Source of the DNA: Malacoraja senta
Taxonomy: Eukaryota
DNA length: 64,000 nucleotides
NCBI GenBank assembly: GCA_038087875.1
Contig: CM075992.1
Span: 8,620,001 to 8,684,000 of the forward strand
Direction of reading: 5' to 3'
A model generated the notes under the pieces. It made no database searches. It was given only the letters and a program-made list of their open reading frames with translations, and was not told the origin of the DNA. Of the stretch, positions 61,798-64,000 are shown in pieces (within the stretch, counting starts at the first letter, position 1; every line of letters begins with the position of its first letter). The position numbers and the translations under genes are program-made.

Positions 61798-62841
61798 TAG
61801 CAATGTTACAAAATTTTGAGATTTAAAAAATAAAGTCTGCAATTTATCCCATCAGATAAAGCATAAAAATAAGTTTAATTTGACACCTAATTCACTTTCA
61901 TATCTTCAGTATTAAAAAAGTTATGGCCATGTTCATACTCGGAAATTAGCATCTTGTTCCCTATTGCTTTTCCATTGACTTAACTCAAAAGCTGTGATCG
62001 AGGACAGTTAAAAGCCCATAACTTTCTTAAAAATTAAGAGAACTGAAAGACATTTTCAGTTATTATAGATTGAAGCATTCTGAAACAAATATGAAACAAT
62101 CTTACTTAGATGACATGAAATTAAAGCATATAATTAGTTAGTTACCTAATTGTAGCTAATTACAAAATTCAATTACTATATCTAAACATCTATCAATTTC
62201 TTAAGAATCGATTAACATTTTTAAATAGCCTAAGTGTCCAAATAACATTCACACAAGAATTCACAATATAACATAATTTTAAAATCTCATTGTCATGGAT
62301 TTACAGGCCAAATGGAAGGAATTGAATGTTTAATACCTGTAAATTAATGGGCATCTAAATCATTTTGCGAGTGAGGTTTTCTGGAACGCGATCATATGGA
62401 ACGTTCATTTGCGGTGAATTTAACCCCGTATCGGCATGAAAAATTCTGCCATTAGTTCGGGGAATAAAATTACCGTTTCGCATGAAAAAATGTGAATTAA
62501 AGGCTTCTTAAGAAGCACTTTTATACATTAAAATAAACCACTTTCGTTTACCTGTCCCGTACGTGAAATCCGTCCCCGTTGTCGGCGTTGACGGCTTTAG
62601 GAGCTGCTTTTAAAATGACTCCAGCGCTGACATTGTCGATTTAATAAAAATAAAAAATACACAAAACGCCCCTAGGAACGATTTTTCAGCAAACGCTTGT
62701 ACTCCAACGAAATATAATACAGGACAAGGTAGGAGAAACCCGCGTTTTAACCCCGCCCCCCCCCTCAAAGGCGTTTAAATCGCGCACACGGCCAGTGACA
62801 GAATTACAGCACCACTGAGGGTAAGTATTGTAACATACCTA
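61798..62841. mobile_element. AT-rich non-autonomous DNA transposon
   Basis: Ends TAGCAATGTTACAA / TTGTAACATACCTA; 7-bp TSD CGTACAG (61791-61797, 62842-62848). Confidence 0.75.
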
Positions 62842-63164
62842 CGTACAGGTGAAGAGGTGGCATACCTCCATAGGACATCTGCGTGGAAAGTCCAGGGTCA
62901 CCTGTCGGGAGGTGGTGTTCGAGATCTACAAGGCAGGGAGGTGCAGTGCGAGGAGAGGACAGTTGTTCTGTGTAGTTCACGGGGAATGTTGTGCAGAAGG
63001 GGGGCTCCTCTGAGGGAAGGAGTGGTTTGTGAACCTTGAACTTACGATCTCGTCATGGCCTGCGAGGCCAGGGTTTATTGCCAATCCCCAATTACAAGGG
63101 GCCGTGAACTGCCCACCCAAACCACCCTGACCCTCTGGTGAAGGTGTTTCACCAGAGGGTCACC

Positions 63165-63745
63165 AGAGGAACATAGAACAAACATAGATCATAGAACAGA
63201 ACATAGAACATAGAACATAGAACATAGAATATGGAACATGGAACATGGAACATGGAACATGGAACATAGAACATGGAATGTGGAACATGGAACATAGAAC
63301 ATGGAACATAGAACATGGAACATGGAACATAGAACATGGAACATGGAACATGGAACATAGAACATGGAACATGGAACATGGAACATGGAACATGGAACGT
63401 GGAACATGGAACATGGAACATAGAACATAGAACATAGTTTCTGTTTCAGATTAGTTTATAGAAGGAACATAGATATAGACCATAGTACATAGACCATAGT
63501 ACTTAGACCATAGTACATAGACCATAGTACATAGAGCATAATACATAGACCATAGTACATAGACCATAGTACATAGACCATAGTACATAGACCATAGTAC
63601 ATAGACCATAGTACATAGACTATAGTACATAGACCATAGTACATAGACCATAGTACATGGACCATAGTACATAGACTATAGTACATGGACCATGGTACAT
63701 AGACCATAGAACATGGACAGACCATAGAACATAGCCCATAGAACA
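63165..63745. repeat. 7-bp (GAACATA/G)n and 14-bp (CATAGACCATAGTA)n arrays
   Basis: Seen directly. Confidence 0.95.
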
Positions 63746-64000
63746 ACATTTTACTGAAGCCAATTAGCCTACAAACCTGCACGTCTTTGGAGTGTGGGAG
63801 AAATCCGGAGCACCCGGAGAAAACCCACGCAGTCACGAGGAGAACATACAAACTCCGTACAGACAGGATTGAACCCGGGTCTCCGACGCTGTGAGGCAGC
63901 AACTCTACTGCTGCGCCACCGTGTCGCCCGACAAAAGTTTTTTTAATGAAAATCTCCGCTGGATCACTCCGTGAGGACAGTTGTCCTTGAGTTGGGCCAC

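Overview
Repeat-rich vertebrate DNA. The tRNA-head SINEs with (CTAAA)n tails, abundant CR1 and Penelope-like ends suggest a cartilaginous fish, probably a skate or ray (inference). No prokaryotic systems are present. Reading splice sites and phases by hand gives two divergently oriented adhesion-GPCR-E (ADGRE/EGF-TM7)-like genes. Gene 1 (minus strand; ATG at 24763; runs off the left edge) has a split ADGRE-style signal peptide and then, where EGF repeats are expected, a complete six-cysteine TIM/HAVCR-type IgV exon. It continues through a short stalk, GAIN, an atypical GPS and TM1-TM5. The ectodomain exons are open and phase-compatible, but two 7TM exons carry frameshifts. Gene 2 (plus strand, right of a 200-N gap) shows a leader plus partial-EGF exon, a Ca-binding EGF exon and a probable 392-codon octapeptide-repeat stalk exon with two RGD motifs. 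Intron 2 of gene 1 holds a 138-bp TSD-flanked retroelement whose 5' end folds as a minimal HDV-like ribozyme. The rest is CR1, L1, Rex1, L2 and Tx1 LINEs, Penelope-like ends with minimal hammerhead motifs, a Helitron, Harbinger and hAT-like DNA elements, a local tandem duplication and satellites. All calls are by eye; no alignment or database search was run.
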